Counted from the stretch's first letter, positions 1 through 12,390 are shown. The stretch is DNA of 27,126 nt from Octopus sinensis (GCF_006345805.1 NW_021833397.1:1-27126), one strand, 5' to 3'. Translations and numbers: made by a program. Notes: generated by a model from the sequence alone, not told the origin.

Positions 1-109
1 ACAGATATATAAATTTATTAATCGTCAAACTTAAACCAGACGACAAATCATTCTAACTTATGACAAGAAAGTTTGTTTAATAATGATCATCATCATCATC
101 ATCATCATC

Positions 110-125
110 ATTATTTTTATTATTA

Positions 126-171
<46 letters not shown>

Positions 172-744
172 TATTATATGTTTGACTTTTGCTTTGTATT
201 TGTACAAGTTGACTCCAAGTCTCACCCAGAGACCTCAAGAGACAACATGTTAGAAGTTCAAGTTGGTGTCATGCCTAAGGTGTCATATATTTGGTTTTGC
301 ACATAGTATTGTTCTAAAAAATGCTTAAGAAAACGTAAGAAGTTTGTTTTAAAATTTGAGATTACATAGACAGTATTTTACGTAGGATATGGGCAGTTTC
401 CATGTGCACGATCTTTTTGAATTTCTGCCATTTTGGGATTTCCTGATATCTGAGCAAGGAATCAGTCCCTTTTGCTATCATTCCTACGGCACCGACGACA
501 ACAGGTGTTGTTTTAGTCTTCAAGTTCCACATTTTGCCAATTTCTATTTCAAGATCTTTATACCTGCTCAGTTTTTGGTAGGTCTTGACAAGTACTTTTT
601 ATGTCGATTGGAACAGTCATATCAATGAAGAGGCATGATCTTTGTCTGAAGTATTTCAATATGTCTGGCCTAATCGCAGTTATCTTTCTGTCAGTTTGAA
701 CGGTGAAGTTCCAGAGGAGTGAGATGTAGTCATTTTCAAGCACT
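110..744 (-). mobile_element. 3' end of a Dong/R4-clade non-LTR retrotransposon (restriction-like endonuclease remnant, 3' UTR, (AAT)n tail)
   Basis: Minus strand, with frameshifts, reads VLENDYISLLWNFTVQTDRKITAIRPDI..CLFIDMTVP..KLSRYKDLEIEIGKMWNLKT..VVVGAVGMI..HMETAHILRKILSM* (TAA at 362-364). This is the RPD..D..K RLE domain. It is followed by about 180 bp of UTR and an AAT microsatellite at 110-175. Confidence 0.85.
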
Positions 745-745
745 A

Positions 746-1360
746 AGATCAAAGCATTCTCACCAGAAACCACCAGAAACACATAAGGAAGAAAAATACA
801 AGTAATTGTAGAATATGTGGTGATGGAGAAGAAATAATAAATCATATTATCTCTGGCTGCCCAGTCCTGGCTAAGAAGGAATATATTCACAGACACGAAA
901 GAGTTGGGACCTACATACACTGGAAGCTATACTACCACTATGTAGTGACAACAGAAAAAGATAGTATAGGCACACCCCAGAAATAGTCTCAGAAAATAAC
1001 AAAGTAACCATACTCTGAGATATGCCAACAGAAGCAAGCAGTTGCTAATAGACCGGATATAGTTGTCAGAGATCATCATTAAAAAAATGCTTTCTAATAG
1101 CTGAATCAATCCCAAGAGATGACAATGTATCTCTAAAAGAAACGGAGAAACTCTCAAAGTACAAAGATCTGGAAATAGAGGTAACCCGAATGTGGAGCCA
1201 AAAGACAGAGACAATCTTTATAAGGTGCATTAGGTATGGTTAAAAACATTCAGACAAATACATAACCAAAACACCAGGACTTTCCAATAAGTATAACATA
1301 CAGAAAATAGAACTACTAGGCACCGCACACATCCTACATAAAGCACTTTCAATGCAGTAA
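746..1360 (+). mobile_element. Second, diverged Dong/R4-clade 3' fragment (CCHC zinc knuckle plus RLE), pseudogenised
   Basis: Plus strand reads DQSILTRNHQKHI..CRICGDGEEIINHIISGCPVLAKKEYIHRHERVGTYIHWKL (CRIC at 807), then ANRPDIVVRD..KETEKLSKYKDLEIEVTRMW..GALGMV..LLGTAHILHKALSMQ* (TAA 1358-1360), with internal stops and frameshifts. Confidence 0.88.
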
Positions 1361-1549
1361 AATATTCGCACCAAAACCAGTTCAAAATTAAAAGTACGCA
1401 GATATGCAAAAATTAAACTATCAATACCATCTTCAAATTGTTTCATTTCTATCTCAAGTGCGTCCTTTATTCTTCTTCAAATTGTTGTTTATGATTACTC
1501 ACTGTATATCATAGGTTCTATTTACGCGTTTGTAGCAAAGAGGTTCCGT

Positions 1550-1685
1550 AAAAGAAACCGATAGAATAAGTACAAGGCTTTGAAATGGTAAGTAGTGGTG
1601 CTAATTCGTTCAACTAAAAATTCTTCAAGGCAGAGCCTCAGCATGACCGTAGTCTAATGACTGAAACAAGTAGAAGATTAAAAAA
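1550..1685 (+). mobile_element. 3' part of SINE family A (tRNA/CORE-like SINE)
   Basis: aaaagaaaccgatagaataagtac...cagcatgaccgtagtctaatgactgaaacaagtagaaga matches the reverse complement of the copies at 21985-22395 and 22815-23232. Confidence 0.75.
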
Positions 1686-2019
1686 AAAGATGTAAGATTA
1701 TTTAACGTAAGATTGTCAGTTCAAACTATCAGTTAGAGGAAGTCCAAATGGTTGTTGTCAGGGGAACACATCAAACACAAGTTTGACATCACCAAATGAT
1801 GTCATTTCAAAACATATTCGTAACAGCTTTTATATGCTAACAGAACCTGTCCGAAGATTCTGACAAACATTTCTACAATTACTTTGTTATTAGAATGGTA
1901 TATTGATTCGTGAATTGCATGAAGTCATGAGGCATTAAGTTAAAAGAATGGGAGATTCAGAAGGGTGCCGGATAACAAGAAAAGAACGCCGGATAAAACA
2001 ACATGTTTTGCCATATCTA

Positions 2020-2295
2020 TCTTTTCTTTTACGTGTTTCAGTCATTAGACCGCGGCCGTGCTAGGGCATCGCCTTCAAGAATTTTTAGATGAATGAATCC
2101 ACCCTAGCACTTATATTCCTTAAGCCTTGGACTTATTTTATCGATCCATTTTACCGAATCGCTAAGTTATGAGGATGAACACAAACCAACACCTTCGTCA
2201 AGCGGTGGTGGTTGTGGTGGTGGTCGTGGTAGGGAAACATACATAAAGACACACACAAACATACATACATGTATGTATATAATATATATATATAT

Positions 2296-2359
<64 letters not shown>

Positions 2360-2482
2360 CACTACGGAACAAACAATTCACGAAAAATAATTTGCGAAGA
2401 TATCATTAACTCTATTATTATCTATGTAACAATTTAAAAATAATAACATATAAGTATGTATGTATGTGTATATATATGTATG

Positions 2483-2547
<65 letters not shown>

Positions 2548-2812
2548 TGTATGTATGTATGTAATGTATGTATGTATGTATGTATGTATGTATGTATGTA
2601 TGTATGTATGTATGTGTATATATGTATATATTATAATATGTTTGTATGTATGTTTGTATGTATGTATGCATTTATGTATACACGACGGGCTTCTTTTAGT
2701 TTCTGTCGATCAAATTCATTCACAAAGCTTTGGTCTGCACGAGAATATAGTAGAATTTGTTGAACCAGAAACCATGTGGTTAGGAAGCAATCTTCTTCCC
2801 ACACAGCTACGC
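2020..2812 (-). mobile_element. SINE family A remnants (3' half 2020-2250, 5' head about 2683-2812) separated by (TA)n/(TATG)n expansions
   Basis: gtttcagtcattagaccgcggccgtgc...accgaatcgctaagtta and acgacgggcttcttttagtttc...accatgtggttaggaagc...ccacacagc align by eye with the 22815-23232 copy. Confidence 0.7.
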
Positions 2813-3054
2813 ATGTGCTTGCAAAACATCCTTATGTTCCTTGAATGCAATGTTCGGCAAACTTATATCATCGACTTCTTCGTGGAATCTTTGTTATCTT
2901 ATTGACTCCCACCACCATGCGAATTTTCAAATAAATTTCAGCTGCATAATAAACTGAAAAAGAAACAAAAACGTTTAAAATTTTGTAAACCTCATGAAAT
3001 AACCGGTACATACGTGTAGATACTTCCACAGCCTGTTTCTAAATGTATACGTAT

Positions 3055-3231
3055 AGTGCAATTAAACTGTATTGGAAGAAAAAAAACATGGACATTTTAC
3101 CAACATTTTTCAACAAAAATATCAAAGTCGTTACAAGGAATACAACAATTAAAGAAACCCCTAAAAAAATTACCTCCCCTTATTTCTCTATTTAATAAAT
3201 TGCGCCATAGAAACATATATATATATATATG

Positions 3232-3282
<51 letters not shown>

Positions 3283-3900
3283 ATCTCTTCTTTTCTGGTT
3301 TTCTCTACAACCATTCCCTTTTTCTCTCCCTTTCTCTGCCCCTCCTCCTCCCTCCCGTCGTTGACCCGCGACGAGAGCTCTGCTACTGCCTTTCTGACCT
3401 GGCTTCCTTCAAGTGTGGATGGCTTTCATGTCTCTCTCTTGCCGTTCACAAAAGCGTTCATAATATTTTTTCTTTCATTCTGGCTTAACAGCTCTCAATG
3501 TTTGTGTTACTGTTATTCTCTTTGTTCTGTCCTTTACTGTTTATATTTTGTACTGTCTTTACTGTCCTGTTTTTGTTACCATTTTTACCCCTCCGCAAAA
3601 AAATCTCAAATTTTATTTAACTTGCCTTTTGCGGGAAGGAATGTTTTATTGAGGTCGTGTCTCGCCTTGACATTCGAAACGCGGAGTAGATAAAACAGAG
3701 GCGACTGAAGAAGGGGAATTTTCCTTGTATTTTATGTCCTGTACTCTATTTTTTCGTTGTTTAAGAAAAATGTCCATTTCCTTGGTTTTGTGTTTATGTT
3801 TTCGTTTCTCATTGTGTTCGACGTTTTTTGGTGTCCTGTACCCATATCTGCATGTATATATACATGTAGAGGTAGGTACGTATATATATATGTATGTATA
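3055..3900 (+). mobile_element. Probable decayed Penelope-like element 3' region
   Basis: A degenerate C..C.LEEK..IL ...K(C/L)RHRN signature (3057-3214) resembles Penelope ORF C-termini. It is followed by T-rich sequence with GAAACGCG and CTGAAGA hammerhead-like pieces. 3673-3855 is homologous to 21450-21598. Confidence 0.45.
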
Positions 3901-4125
3901 TATGCATATGTTTTATTTTATTTATTAATTTATATATATCTATCTATATATATATATATACGTGTGTGTGTGAAATCAAGAAGTGAGAATTTGTACTCAA
4001 CACCGCATTATTGGATAAATATTCTTTATTTGAGGGGTTAATAAAGTTACCAATGGTTTCTTATAAAAAGATTCTTTATAACTGTTAACTCACAAATAAA
4101 GTGTGTGCATACATACATATATATA

Positions 4126-4221
<96 letters not shown>

Positions 4222-4699
4222 CATATATACATGCATTCATACATAATCGAAAAGTTTCTATAATAAATATATAAAAATCAAATTGTAACAAAGAAAAGTA
4301 ATAATAGAAATGCTAAAGAGACTTCTCAGTCACCGTGTACAATACGCAGCCGTGTATCACACGCGACTGCTTGCCTTTTGTTGTTGTTGTATTTTTCTTT
4401 TTTTATTTTCTGTGCTTAGTTTTTTGGTCCTTAATTTTCGTGGCTGCAGCAAATGAAAAACAGTTTTTTAAAATTCTCGTTCGTCTTAAAATATTGTCAC
4501 TTGGTCAATCAGTGACAATTAGATTACGAAAACATTCAGTCAATTTTTACAACCTTTCAAAAAGGAGATTCTTTCTTCAAGACAGACATTTGAATTGGAA
4601 TTACTTTTCCGAGTCTCTTATTCGCTTGTAACCGAATTAAATCACAATTTCTGTCTGTCTGAAAACTATAATTTTATCATTCGTATCTTTTCAACTAAC

Positions 4700-4757
4700 T
4701 CACTCACTCACTATCTATCTATCTATAAATACAACACATACACACACACATACACAC

Positions 4758-4824
<67 letters not shown>

Positions 4825-4966
4825 TATATATATATATATATATATACTTATGCATACAATCCCTAACTATACATTCATTTATATACATAGATATACATAA
4901 TCTCTATATATTTGTCTTTCTATTTAACTACATATTTATCTTTCGATATAATATACATACACAAAT

Positions 4967-5008
<42 letters not shown>

Positions 5009-5141
5009 TACACGTGCGCACACACATGTGTATATATATATATATATATCTGTCTCTCATATTTCTAACGTATGCTTGTCACAATTATCTCCCCAGCATT
5101 TCTCTCTCTCTCTCTCTCTCTTTTTTCATATATATGTATAT

Positions 5142-5196
<55 letters not shown>

Positions 5197-5202
5197 TATA
5201 TG

Positions 5203-5245
<43 letters not shown>

Positions 5246-5372
5246 ATATATATATGTATGTATGTATATCTATATATATCTATCTATATATATATATATA
5301 TATATTGCATGTAATATATATGTATGTATATTATATATATATATAATATATATAGTATATATATATATATAA
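4700..5372. repeat. Compound (CA)n/(TA)n/(CT)n microsatellite tract
   Basis: Directly visible simple repeats. Confidence 0.95.
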
Positions 5373-6052
5373 CTTAACTCCAACGTTCCTCATTTCATCG
5401 TTGTTATTCCTTACATTTCGTTTATTTCTCTTCCTTGTCCCCCACCAATGGACCAATAACAATTCATCTGACCCACCTTTTCATAGTCTGATATATAATC
5501 TTTCTATATATCTCTCCTCACCCTCTTTTTCTGTATCTCTCTCCTCCCCCCTCTCTCTCCCTCTCTCTCACTCTCTCTCTTACACTCCAGCTCACACTTT
5601 CAAACACATCCACACAAACACATCCCAACGTTCTTTATTTCCTATGACCTAACGATGCGCATTGAAATACCCACTCAGGCGCACACGAACACATACATGC
5701 ACTAACACGAGTCCATACACAGATATATAATTCCATACACGTGCGCGCGCGCGCAATATTTTCTTAAATCAAATTTTCTAAATTGACATAGTTATTACCC
5801 AACACTTGCGCTGAAGGAATTTTCATCAAAATACTTTTATTGATTGACAGGCTTAAAATACGCACTATAAGCACACACATGCACACACATACACACACAC
5901 TCACACACACACACACATACACACACACACACATGCACACGCACACGCATATATATATGTTTGTATGCATGTATGTAAGTGCATATGCATAGAATATGTA
6001 CATGTGTGTGTATGTGCATATGTATTATATATTATACATATATGTATTATGT

Positions 6053-6938
6053 TATCTCTCTATATATCTGTCTGTCTGTCTGTGTGTTTCCCTAAAACTT
6101 GAGAACTACACAACCAATTTCATTCAAATTTTACACATGCCTTACTTAAGGTCCGGGGGGTGTCATCGGCAACTTTTTCTTAACTTTTTCCCTAGGGCGA
6201 CCCCACAGCAATATCATATCTTCTCTACTATTTCAGTATTACGTGTTAAAAGTGAAACAAAAACATTTCTCTATTGTAATGCAGACACTTTCATTTTAAT
6301 ACTGAAACTATTAAAGTGATAGTATTATATAACAGGGATTAACCATTAACAGTGGTCATCCATTTTGATAGAAGAAGATCCGCTATGGTCTTATATGCTA
6401 CACCACTGGTTTTCAATTCATATTAATCAAATTAATATTCAATTTTTCACCCTTATTATGTGTGTATGTGTGTATTAGCAATTCGTATAAAATTGCATCA
6501 ATGACTTGAACTTGAATAAGTGGTTTCACATAAATGGGGATAAATTTAAAAGGTTTGTTCTTCTTATTATTACTGTTTGACTATTGTAATCACGTTTGTT
6601 AGTTCTTCGTCAGGGAAACGTTGTTGTGTTGTATTTGTTAAATAATTGTAAACCGTAACCCTCCCCCTTTCGGAGAAGGGGCTTTGGTTACTGTTTAAAA
6701 ATTGAATTGTGTCCCAGTTTGGGGAAATTGACAATATTTTCACCGTCTTTACGGAAGCATTCTTGTCAAAATGCCTTCGATAGAAGAAAGTCCAAAAATG
6801 AATTTTGCTGCAGCCGTACACTTCTATACAAGAGGGAAGACAAGATCCAATTGATCGAAATTGCAAGAGACGGGCCTACAATTCCAGTCTGTTATATATT
6901 TTGATTATTGTTATCACTAGCGATATCAAGATATAACT
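6053..6938 (+). mobile_element. Non-autonomous Helitron copy 1, 3'-truncated
   Basis: 6068-6275 is the reverse complement of about 8280-8485, and 6815-6938 is the reverse complement of about 7838-7962. It lacks the terminal hairpin and CTAG, stopping at a LINE fragment. Confidence 0.75.
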
Positions 6939-7131
6939 TGGACTCCACCTGTACTTGCTTGCAATGATTCATTCCTGAGAGTATGAGACCTTCGGACCAT
7001 TTGACGTTGGGGAAGTTGAAATCACCCATAAGAAATATGGTCACGTGGTGTTCCAGATTCCTGAGGATTTCTTTAATTCTTGTGAGGCAATCTTCAAACT
7101 TGCTTATGTGATTTGGAGCATCCGGTGGGCA

Positions 7132-7135
<4 letters not shown>
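6939..7135 (-). pseudogene. APE endonuclease fragment of a CR1-group LINE
   Basis: YCPPDAPNHISKFEDCLTRIKEILRNLEHHVTIFLMGDFNFPNVKW is clearly paralogous to YRPPDVPNHTGIFEDCLTKI..MGDFNFPNVEW at about 11060-11190. Confidence 0.88.
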
Positions 7136-7150
<15 letters not shown>

Positions 7151-7170
<20 letters not shown>

Positions 7171-7372
7171 ACGGGAAGCTTTATGAAAATAAACAAAAGA
7201 CGAAGGCAGGTGGAATACAAACAAACAATTGTATTAGTATGGCGCTCAGGAATATAAATAAAACAAGTCTTTTACGTTTCGAGCCTACGCTCTTCAACAG
7301 AAAGATACACAGAAAAGAAACACGGAGAGAAACAAGGAGAGAAAAAAATGCGTGCAGAAGCTAGCGAATCAA
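7151..7372 (-). mobile_element. Dispersed repeat (probably Penelope-associated) carrying a hammerhead-like motif
   Basis: Reverse complement is homologous to 21605-21785 and contains TCTTT-CTGTTGA-A-GAGC-GTAG-GCTC-GAAA-CGT-A-AAAGA. Confidence 0.6.
7268..7305 (-). ncRNA. Minimal type I hammerhead ribozyme-like motif with variant core (CUGUUGA)
   Basis: Stem I UCUUU/AAAGA, stem II GAGC/GCUC, GAAA, palindromic ACGU stem III and a GUA triplet. The core deviates from CUGANGA and activity is untested. Confidence 0.5.
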
Positions 7373-7376
7373 CATA

Positions 7377-7674
7377 TGGAGGCGCAATGGCCCAATGGTT
7401 AGGGCAGCGGACTCGCGGTCGTAGGATCGCGGTTTCGATTCCCAGACCGGGCGTCGTGAGTGTTTATTGAGCGAAAACATCTAAAAGCTCCACGACGCTC
7501 CGGCAGGGGGTGGTGATCCCTGCCGTACTCTTTCACCACTCTTTCTCCCACTCTTTCTTCTGTTGGCCTGCTCGCTTAGCCAGCGGGGTGGCGTCATTCG
7601 AAAGCTAAAACAATGCGAACGCATTGTGACCAGTGATGTGTAACAACATCAGATGGTCTGGTCGGTCACGTGAT

Positions 7675-7682
<8 letters not shown>
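7377..7682 (+). mobile_element. tRNA-derived SINE family B, full length
   Basis: Pol III box A TGGCCCAATGG (7388-7398) and box B-like GTTTCGATTCC (7432-7442). The head matches the minus-strand copy at about 14540-14712. It ends in (CACGTGAT)2 then (AT)n. Confidence 0.85.
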
Positions 7683-8660
<978 letters not shown>

Positions 8661-8735
8661 AATCCTTAAATCCTTAAAAATGTTTTAGCCCGAAGGCCTC
8701 GGCCATGCTGGGGCACCACCGCTGAATGAGCTACA

Positions 8736-11490
8736 CTAATATGTGAATACACCTCTGATACATGGCACTTGGTCAACAAGGGAGTTCGATGCTGCTGCCC
8801 GCATCTGTGTCTCCTGTCGTGAGGTAGGTTCATCTGGGACCCCCGACAAGAAGAGATCCAATTTAGTTTTAAAGAAACCCACATCCATACCATGCAAGTC
8901 TCTCAGGCATTTAGGGAGGATGTTAAAGAGCTGTGGTCCTCTGAAACCCAAGCTGTTGCAGTATCTGGTCCTGTATTTTGATGGTGATGTTGGAATCTTT
9001 GGCACCATGCAGTGGCGCCCCGTTCTGCGGTTGGGGTAACTTTGAATGCCAAAGTTTGGGACAAGACCTTCCAGGGAGTTTTAATACTTTCAGTCTTTCC
9101 CAGGAGCTGATATGTTGCATTGAGACGATCTTCTTTGTGTAGCTTCTTTGAATTGCTTCGAGTTCTGCTGTTAGTTTTATATTGTGTGGTGACCATAGTT
9201 GGGAGCAGTAGTCCAAGCGGCTGAGGACGAAAGTTTTCCACAGGACTATCAGTGTCTCCTTCTCTCTTGTTCTGAAAGTTCGGAGAATCCATCCAGCTAG
9301 CCGTCTGCATTTTATCACCAGATTAGTAATATGCACTTGGAAAGATGCATCATTGCTCATGTCAATGCCCAGGTCACGTACTGATTTTGACTCAGGGATT
9401 GCAATTCTTCCCGGGCCAGTGTACCCAGTCTGCATATCGTTTACCTTTGTGTGCCGGTAGCGCAGGGCCCGGAACTTACCTGCGTTAAACTGCATGTTGT
9501 TGTCCTCAGCCCACCTGTATATTGTATCCAACTCCTGTTGCAGATGTGCAATATTTCCATGGTTTTGTATTGTGTGGGAGACTTTTGTGTCATCTGCATA
9601 GCTAGCAAGGGTGGCCATCTTAGCAACTGAGGGCATGTCTGAAAGGGCCACCATGAACACCAGTGGCCCCAAGACAGTGCCTTGTGGAACACCGCTTGTT
9701 ATTTGTGTTTCCTTGGAGGTGGCTCCATTGGTCACAACTGCCTGCCTTCTATCTTTTAGGGAGTTGTGCAGCCACTCTCCAAATTTTCCGCCTATGCCGA
9801 GACCACGCAGTTTGTGACAAATCATACCGTGGTCGACTTTCTCAAAGGCTTTTGCAAAGTCGAGATGTATCACATCCACATTTGAGCCATTTAGTAGCTG
9901 TTTTAACACCCAGTCATAGTGTTGCATGAGCTGTGTTAGGCAGCTTCTACCTGGTCGAAATCCATGCTGGGTGTCAGTCAGCAAGTCATTTTCTTCAAGG
10001 AACATGATTAGTTTCTTGCGGACTATTCGTTCCATGACTTTGCTGATGTGTGAGATCAGAGAGATAGGCCTATACTTTTTAGCATCTGCTCTGCTTTCTC
10101 CCTTATGGATAGGGCATATTACCCCCTCTTTCAATTTGAATGGGAGCTCACCACTTGCTAGAAAGCTCTGAAAAAGAAGCTGTAGCGGTTTTGCAAGGGC
10201 TCGTTTGCATGATTTGAGAAGGATCGCTGGAAATCCATCAGGTCCAGCAGCTGAGTTTGTGTCAATCTCATCTATGGCCAATGTGATATCATCTTCAATG
10301 TTGATGTACTCAATTTTTGCCTCTTTGGCCACAGGTAAAGTGGCAAAGAATTATTCTGGGTTGTTTACTTGCCAGTGTTCTAGAAGTGTAGTGAATACAC
10401 TTTGGAACTGTTCGTTCAGTATTTCACTTATCCTCGTGGGATTTCCTGTGAGGGAGCCATCTTTTTTATCTGCTCTCTCCTTTCATGAGACTGATGCAGA
10501 CTTTTCTCAATTTCCATTAGCATTCTCTTGAGCCGAGACTTCTCACCACTTTAGGTGTGTTTGCTCAGGCGGTTCGCAATCCTTGTCCTTCGTCTCATAA
10601 GAATCTTCCTTTCTCTAGGGATCCTGTTTTTGTTTTTGTGTGTGCTGACCCTGCACACTGGGACATATTTGTCACATATGGCTTGTATTATGGACATGAA
10701 GTGTTTGTGTTTCATGTCAATGTCTGGTGTGGAGAGACATTTAGGCCAATCCTGTTTGAGGTCTCTTTCTCAATCAACTTCCAATTTGCTTTATGAAAGT
10801 TTAATTTGGAGAGATTGTGGATGCTTCGTATAGGCTGTGTGTCCATACATAGACAGCTCTCTATTATGTTGTGATCCGAGATCATTGTCGGCATCACTTT
10901 AACATTATGGATAATATTCATATTGTTTGTGAAGCAGAGATCCAGTATATTATTTGCCCTTGTTGGTTGCAGCACTATTTGCTCCATGAAAGAGGCATTT
11001 GTGAGATGGAGCAGGGACTCTGTCTGTGCCTGCTGGAGCATCTGCCCCCCCCCGGCCATTCCACATTGGGGAAGTTAAAGTCACCCATGTAGAATACACT
11101 GTTGTGTTGTTCCAGGCTGGTGAGAACTTCTATTTTTGTTAGGCAGTCTTCAAATATGCCTGTGTGATTTGGGACATCCGGTGGACGATACGTAGTACAT
11201 ATGACGATATTCAGTTGTCTTATGTGTACAATTTGAGCGTCACACACTGAGTTTGAATATGACAACAGGACCTGTGGCGTGAGGTCATCTCGGATGTACA
11301 TTGCAACTCCACCATGGCTCCTCCCTTTTCTATCTGAGCGTATTTCTGCATCCCCTATATCAGGTCCAAGATGCGTTTCTATGAGTGCCATGCATATAGC
11401 TTGATTGCATGCCGCAAGGTCTCTCAGGGATGAGATTTTCCTTTTATAGTTGCCGCGCAGCAGCCCTCTTACGTTCAGTAAAAATATTTT
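8736..11490 (-). pseudogene. LINE ORF2 (APE endonuclease plus reverse transcriptase), disrupted; largest open piece 8923-10332
   Basis: EN motifs LNVRGL, IETHL, HGGVAMYI, YRPP, GDFN, LDLCFTN, SDHN. RT motifs AAGPDG, YRPISL, QHGFRPGRSC, LDFAKAF, GVPQGTVLGP, YADD (9589-9600), RDLG, LDYCSQLWSP. C-terminal GPQLFNILP..FKTKLD..VPDEP in 8736-9008. Confidence 0.93.
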
Positions 11491-11732
11491 GTGGTGTGTG
11501 TATGTTGGTGTCTGTGGTGGCCATCCTGCATCTGTTGGTGGTGGCCTTATGTGTTGGTAGTTCCAGCTTTGTGTTTGTAGCCAGGTCAGCTGCTGGACAA
11601 TTTTTGTGCCATGCACAAAAAAGATTGCTGTTCAGCTGCTGCCCTTCTCACATCTGGTTGAAGCTGGCCATTTGTTGGGCTATGAAGTACCTTTTTTGGA
11701 CCGCGCACTACATCCGCATATCGTCTTTCAGG

Positions 11733-12390
11733 AGTAGTTAGTGCGCCATTTTTCCTTCTGTGATATTTTTCTTTTTTTTTTGTTCTCCCCGAGGGAGGGA
11801 TTTTTGTCTTGTGTCCATGCGGTTTTGGCAGGGTTTCTGATGTGCAAAATGACAGTTTGCACCATCGTCACCATGCCAGCAGTCACCCTTCAGGTAGAAT
11901 TTGCAGATGCTTCTACTTTTGCTCTTGTAGCTCTTGCTGGGGTTCTTCTGTTTTTCCTGGACAGTGTTTGTTTTAGTTTTCTTGTCTTTTACCTCTTGTT
12001 TTCCGTCGATTTTAGGGTGCTTTCCTTTTTCGCGGCCATCGCACCTCTTTGGTCTTCAGTTGTGTTGGGAGCTGGACATGTGCCATTGTTTCCCTTGGTT
12101 GCAGGTCTCTCAGTTGTGTCTATTGTTGGGTCCGGGATGCTTTCTCCATCTTTTTGGTCTTCCCTGGTGCAGTCACCTCCCAGGATGATGTCCAGTGTGA
12201 CCATGTGTTGCCTGATTAGAGCATATGAACGGAGGAATTCGCGTTTCTTTCGCTCTATCTGGGCGGTGGTCCTGGAGAAATCATTGCTCTTAAGCGTCGC
12301 TGCAATGATATTGTTTGGGGAGTCACTTTTGGCAATCTTCCAGGCGCGGACAAACAATTGCAACTCCTTTGCAGACCAGTTCCTTGACAT
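11733..12390 (-). pseudogene. LINE ORF1 remnant with CCCH zinc finger
   Basis: ORF 11989-12390 continues after a frameshift near 12000 into a K-rich linker and CKFYLKGDCWHGDDGANCHFAH (11840-11905). It lies upstream of ORF2. Confidence 0.75.

Noticed and set aside
1720-1860. Faint RT-like translation (QMVVVRG..DIT)
   Set aside because: Too degenerate to support without a profile search.
6585-6625. CTGACGA on the minus strand as a hammerhead core
   Set aside because: No stem II or GAAA in the right position.
7377-7460. Possible tRNA gene
   Set aside because: A and B boxes are present but there is no good acceptor stem or oligo-T terminator, and it continues into a SINE body seen elsewhere in the window.
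8923-10332. 469-aa RT ORF as a functional or domesticated gene
   Set aside because: It is disconnected from the endonuclease by frameshifts, and its C-terminus is deleted and out of frame; consistent with an ordinary decaying LINE.
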